In this document: positions 59,293 to 64,000 of the stretch, piece after piece
How the letters are laid out: each line of letters opens with the position of its first letter
How positions within the stretch are numbered: the first letter of the stretch is position 1
From: Pavona decussata
Taxonomy: Eukaryota
Length of the DNA: 64,000 nt
Assembly: GCA_977016875.1 (NCBI GenBank)
Contig: CDRNST010000067.1
Coordinates: 5,022,001-5,086,000, forward strand
Reading direction: 5' to 3'
The notes under the pieces: model-generated
The model's database searches: none
Seen by the model: the letters and a program-made list of their open reading frames with translations, nothing else
Told to the model about the DNA's origin: nothing
Program-made: the position numbers and the translations under genes

Positions 59293-62200
59293 TGTAGCAG
59301 GGACTTTTGGGGTTTTTTAGCTCTGTGGCTAAGCGAGAGGTGCCCTGCTACCTACCGGGATCTTTTACATCAAGTGGACCAGATCTTTTTCACAGGAACA
59401 TAGCGTTTATTGTAGATCTTGACTCATTCTCTTACAGGCAGAACTCAAAAGCTTTTACTGAAGAACATTTGTCATATAAGACCCGTAACCAATAGCATTT
59501 CGACAACTCAGTTTCACTTGCGTAAGCTTAGCAAATGGAGGAAATTCTAAAGGAATTACTTTTCGCGCCTTTACAAACTGAAGCTCATTTCTTATTCGAA
59601 AGAACGGCAGGTGTTTGTTCTGTCGCACTTTGTAATAATCATCACACTTTGTAATACCTGTCGCACTTTGTAATAAAACTGTCACACTTTGTAATACCTG
59701 TCACACTTTGTAATAACACTTGTCACACTTTGTAATAAAATAGCCGTCACACTTTGTAATAACAAGTTGTCGCACTTTGTAATAACAAATTATCGCACTT
59801 TGTAATAAGCTCTTAAATTACTTTTGAATACTATGTTCAGTGGAAAAAAAAGTGAATTAACTGATCACCCATGCAGGGCACAAATACGTTCTTCTTTGAT
59901 ATTTTACGTTGCATACTAAACTGAGGGTATGAAAAAGAAACGCGTTCTCCTCCACGCTTCTCGCAATTGTTATTTGTCTTGACTACGATGTATCTTGACA
60001 GAAACACTTTGTCACCACGAAGAACGACTTTTACTGAAAATCGGTTTTGTTAAGCCACTCCATTGCTAGGTACTAGTTTAATTGTAAATGATAACTTAAT
60101 TCAGGTATTAAAAAAGGTATTTATCATGGGGTCTTTTAAAAGATCTTAAATAAAGATTCGAATTTGAAATATACTGGTATCTCCTGCGGATGAAAATAAA
60201 AAAGGCTTGTTTCCGTGGGGTTTAAGAGAGGAAGAAAATGGAAAGCAACTTGCAGGGACATACTGTATCAGTAAAAGAGCAGAGGGTACATTTTGCTGGT
60301 ATTGAGAACAGCTGTACAAAATGGTACGATCCGGAAATAAAGGCTTTGACTGGGATTCTTCTAAGAAGGTATCGTAAACTATAATTGGATAGAATAATTG
60401 TGAAATAGTATCGTATTTTTTTAATTCAAAAATTGCATAGCTTAACGTAAGCCAGAACATGGAACAGCAACCATCATAGCGTAATCAGTTTATGTGATAT
60501 TAATACTAGCGCATTGAATCAGAGTAATATCAAAATAAGTGATGTTGGCGCGTGACAAAGCGCACTCAATCGATCTCAATCTATTCTCAGGGAGGGATGG
60601 TTTCCTTTTTTCACACGACAGGATAGCAAGACTTTCGAATACAAAATTATCGAAAGATAAGTCTATCGGTCCGCCATTATGAATTGAACTGGATTACTTA
60701 GCTCTCTTCGGGTTTAAAAATAAGCGCGTAAAAAAATATCATTTTGACATGAGACGTCCCTCGTCTAGTGTTTATTTTGGATAGTAAATGAATAGAATTT
60801 CTTCTTCTTGAAAAAGGTTCGCTTTGCAAACAACAGGCACAGTTGCAGATAAAAGTGAACTTTACAAGGAAATGACTGTAAAGATCTTTATTATCAAAAA
60901 GTTTTTTTATTTCATGTTCATTGTTTTCATGTTTCATTCCTGTGACTCCCCGCTCCCCACCCCCCCCCCCCAAAAAAAAAACTCATAGAGAACAAGTAGC
61001 GAGTCACTCGAACTCTTCATCTCCCTTACTAACCCTTTGACTCAACCCTCTTGAGCATCTTTTTATTTTAACCAGGAGTTATCTCCCCTATGTTTACTTA
61101 TTGCATTCCATCATTGCTAAGCAGGCTGTGTGATCTCCAAAATAACAATTGCGAGAAGCGTGGAAGAAAACGCGTTTCTTTTTCATACCGTCATTTTAGT
61201 ATGCAAGGTAAAATATCAAAGAAGAACGTATTTGTGCCCTGGGTGATCAGTTAATTCACTTTTTTTCCACTGAACATCGTATTCAAAAGTAATTTAAAAG
61301 CTTATTACAAAGTGCGACAGTTTGTTATTACAAAGTGCGACAGCTTAATTTATTACAAAGTGCGACAACTTGTTATTACAAAGTGTGACGGCTATTTTAT
61401 TACAAAGTGTGACAAGTGTTATTACAAAGTGTGACAGGTATTACAAAGTGCGACAGTTTTATTACAAAGTGCGACAGGTATTACAAAGTGCGATGATTAT
61501 TAAAAAGTGCGACAGAACAGTGTTCAACACCTATGTGTTTTACTTGACGGCTACAAAGGCTCCGATATTTCCTAAACTGAGTGAAATCCATTTTACTGAA
61601 AAATGTCCCGTAACATTCCTCGCTTCTTAGTTTCAGCTGTCCTCAGCTGTTTAATTAAGCAATGAACCTGAACTTTATAGTTTGGAAAACAAGATAACAT
61701 TACACATTCAGTTTTCTTAACAAACAAACCTTAATTTCATTTGAAACTTAAACGATCGGAAAGTATCATAACTTTCAAACTTATGTGGGACTGAATTCTT
61801 CATTTAAACCTGACGGAAATTCATGACTGGGAAACATGGACTTTCGGCGTCCTGGAAACCTGGGCAACTCTTGGCCCTCAATAAACATGATAAAATGGCT
61901 GCACTCGTGGCTATAAATACTATAAATAATGTCATAAAAATCGCGACTCTTTAAAAAACGTTAGAATACGACTCCATTTTCTGTTGAAAACGACAACACT
62001 ACCGTCAATTTCAAAAACCAAACGAACTTAAAGGCCTCTGTTTGTATGTTAAAAAAAAACTTTCATTTGAAATGTTCAATCTGTTTACTCTTGTTCCACT
62101 TTGGTCCTCAATAATCAGATAAGTTCAGTTGACGGAGGTAATCCTGGAAGAATAGCAAAACTGCGTGAATATGCTGGCTTGTTGGTTATGTCAAGTACAG

Positions 62201-62856
62201 TCCTTTGTTCCTTTTTTTTTTCTTTTGGCGACAAGTCCTGGTCTTTGTTCTTTTTATTAACTTGGAGTTGTAACGCAAATCCTCGTTGCAGTTTCTTTTG
62301 ACTGTCCGGTTGTTACTCAGAGTAGCGTCGTCTCTGAGGGAGCCTGGCCTTTCCATTCCGTTTCTCGGGTGTTTCTGTTCATCGTTGTTCTGTTGGTGAA
62401 GAGAATTTTTGATCCACTTGATACCATGGTTTCTCCACCAAATGTAGCAGGGGCTTTTGGGGCACTTTAGCTCTGTGGCTAAGCGAGAGGTGCCCTGCTA
62501 CCTACCGGGATCTTTTACATCACGTGGACCGGATCTTCTTCACAGGAACATAGCGTTTATTGTAGATCTTGACTCATTCTCTTACAGGCAGAACTCAAAA
62601 GCTTTTACTGAAGAACATTTGTCATATAAGACCCGTAACCAATAGCATTTCGACAACTCAATTTCACTTGCGTAAGCTTAGCAAATGGAGGAAATTCTAA
62701 AGGAATTACTTTTCGCGCCTTTACAAACTGAAGCTCATTTCTTATTCGAAAGAACAGCAGGTGTTCAACACCTATGGGTTTTACTTGACGGCTACAAAGG
62801 CTCCGATATTTCCTAAACTGAGTGAAATCCAGTTTACTGAAAAATGTCCCGTAACA
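59293..62856 (-). mobile_element. Non-autonomous Gypsy-type LTR retrotransposon (TRIM-like)
   Basis: Two ~414-bp direct repeats (62443-62856, and 59293-61615 split by an insertion) with TG...CA ends; minus-strand PBS TGGTGGAGAA after the 5' LTR; PPT AAGAAGCGAGGAA before the 3' LTR; 4-bp TSD AACG (59289-59292, 62857-62860); 827-bp internal region with no recognisable pol. Confidence 0.88.
59616..61519. mobile_element. Foldback-like non-autonomous DNA transposon, TGT...ACA ends, 5-bp TSD
   Basis: ~360-380 bp TIRs (59616-59975 / 61139-61519) with 9 and 10 copies of TGTCRCACTTTGTAATA; TSD GTGTT, confirmed by the empty site in the sister LTR at 62761. Confidence 0.92.
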
Positions 62857-62968
62857 AACGACCATCTTCAGTTGAAAGAAGAAGTAATTTGAAGTTACAT
62901 TTGAATTTATCATGTAATGCTAAACAAACATAAATAACAAACGTGCAATAAATTAGGAATCGTTTCTT

Positions 62969-63888
62969 GATCAAATTGATGGGGTGGCAATGGGCTCTCC
63001 CCTTGCCCCGGGTGTTGGCTAGAGGCTGGTTTTCACTAGCGACGGAGTCGGAGTCGGAGTCGTAAGCGGAGTCGTAAGAGCGCTTATGATCTAGTGAAAA
63101 TTAAAAAATCGGAGTCGTAAGCAGAGTCATAAGCGCGACGGAATCGGAGTCAGAAGAATCAGAACATTTCCATTTTCTTCCGACTCCGCTTACGACTCCG
63201 TCGCTTACGTTCCGGAATCGGAACGCTGTTTTCACTAGATCATAAGCTCTACGCTTCTGATTACGACTCCGACTCCGACTCCGTCGCTAGTGAAAACCAG
63301 CCTTAATCTTTTCATGGGTCACCATGAAAGGATTTGGTTGGAAAACTACAACGCCTCCAGTATTTTTTTTTTCTACCGACGCTATGTTGACGATCCTTTT
63401 TGTCTATTTGACACTGAACATGACGCTACTTTGTTTTTCGACTACGTCAATGACAGACATCCCAACATGCGTTTCACCATGGAAAAAGAGATGGATAAAA
63501 AAAATCCCCTTTCTGGATGTTCTGATTGATAACAGTCAACCTCTCTCTCCTGTTACCAGGGTCAATCGCAAGAAAACTTTCACCGGTCTATTAACTAATT
63601 ATTTTAGTTTTACCCCATTCTCTTACAAACTTGGCTTAATCAGGACCCTAGTCGACAGAACATACAAGATCAACAACACGTGGATAGGCATTAAGAAATT
63701 GTTATTAATTTTACGTAAAAACCTTTTCCCCAGTCATATCGTTGAGAGGGTCATGAGGCAGTACATTACTAAAACTCAGACCCTTCCTAACATACCTGCT
63801 AGTCCTTCCTCCATTTCTACACGATTTTTCAAATTACCTTATGTTGGGCCCTTCTCTATTTCAGCACAAAACAGATTACGCAAGCTAC
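62969..63888 (+). mobile_element. Penelope-like retroelement RT fragment (frameshifted)
   Basis: QIDGVAMGSPLAP..LANLFMGH..YRRYVDD..HPNMRFTMEKE..IPFLDVLI..RKKTFTGL..KLGLIRTLVDR..LPYVG. Confidence 0.9.
63023..63303. mobile_element. PIF/Harbinger-type MITE inserted in the Penelope RT
   Basis: TIR AGGCTGGTTTTCACTAGCGACGGAGTCGGAGTCGGAGTCGTAA; interrupts GCT-AAT (Ala-Asn); 3-bp TSD TAG/TAA; internal GGAGTC repeats. Confidence 0.85.

Positions 63889-63957
<69 letters not shown>
63889..63957. repeat. (AAT)n microsatellite, probably the tail of a minus-strand LINE
   Basis: ~23 AAT units followed by ACTTATATAGCGC. Confidence 0.8.
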
Positions 63958-63959
<2 letters not shown>

Positions 63960-64000
63960 TACTTATATAGCGCTTATCCAGTTCTGTTCTAAGCGCTTTA

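Noticed and set aside
59616-59810. CRISPR-like array of 17-bp repeats
   Set aside because: Spacers are only a few nt and are mirrored in the opposite TIR, so these are transposon subterminal repeats.

Overview
Eukaryotic, intron-rich, AT-rich animal genomic DNA; the repeat families suggest a cnidarian, probably a stony coral (inference). There are three N-gaps (~6699-6884, 27606-27786, 37502-37671). Genes, all on +: (1) the 3' portion of NBAS (Sec39/neuroblastoma-amplified sequence), 36 exons traced by hand from 783 to the stop at 38086; (2) a complete 6-exon CIAO2A/FAM96A gene (49150-55206); (3) an isolated intronless histone H2B (57998-58381) with a damaged 3' stem-loop, next to a divergently oriented, truncated H2A remnant. 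The rest is dense with mobile DNA: Penelope-like, L2/CR1 and R4/Dong-like fragments, a Gypsy remnant, a SINE and many MITEs. The most notable structures are: a small non-autonomous LTR element (tRNA-Ala-type PBS, PPT, 4-bp TSD) whose 3' LTR is split by a 1.9-kb TGT...ACA foldback transposon with 9-10 tandem 17-bp subterminal motifs per end and a 5-bp TSD; a 3.1-3.3 kb tandem duplication whose history can be read from the sequence (templated insertion, unequal crossover, later MITE insertion); and a 2.7-kb (GGT)n-variable minisatellite in an NBAS intron. I found no convincing new protein-coding or defence system.
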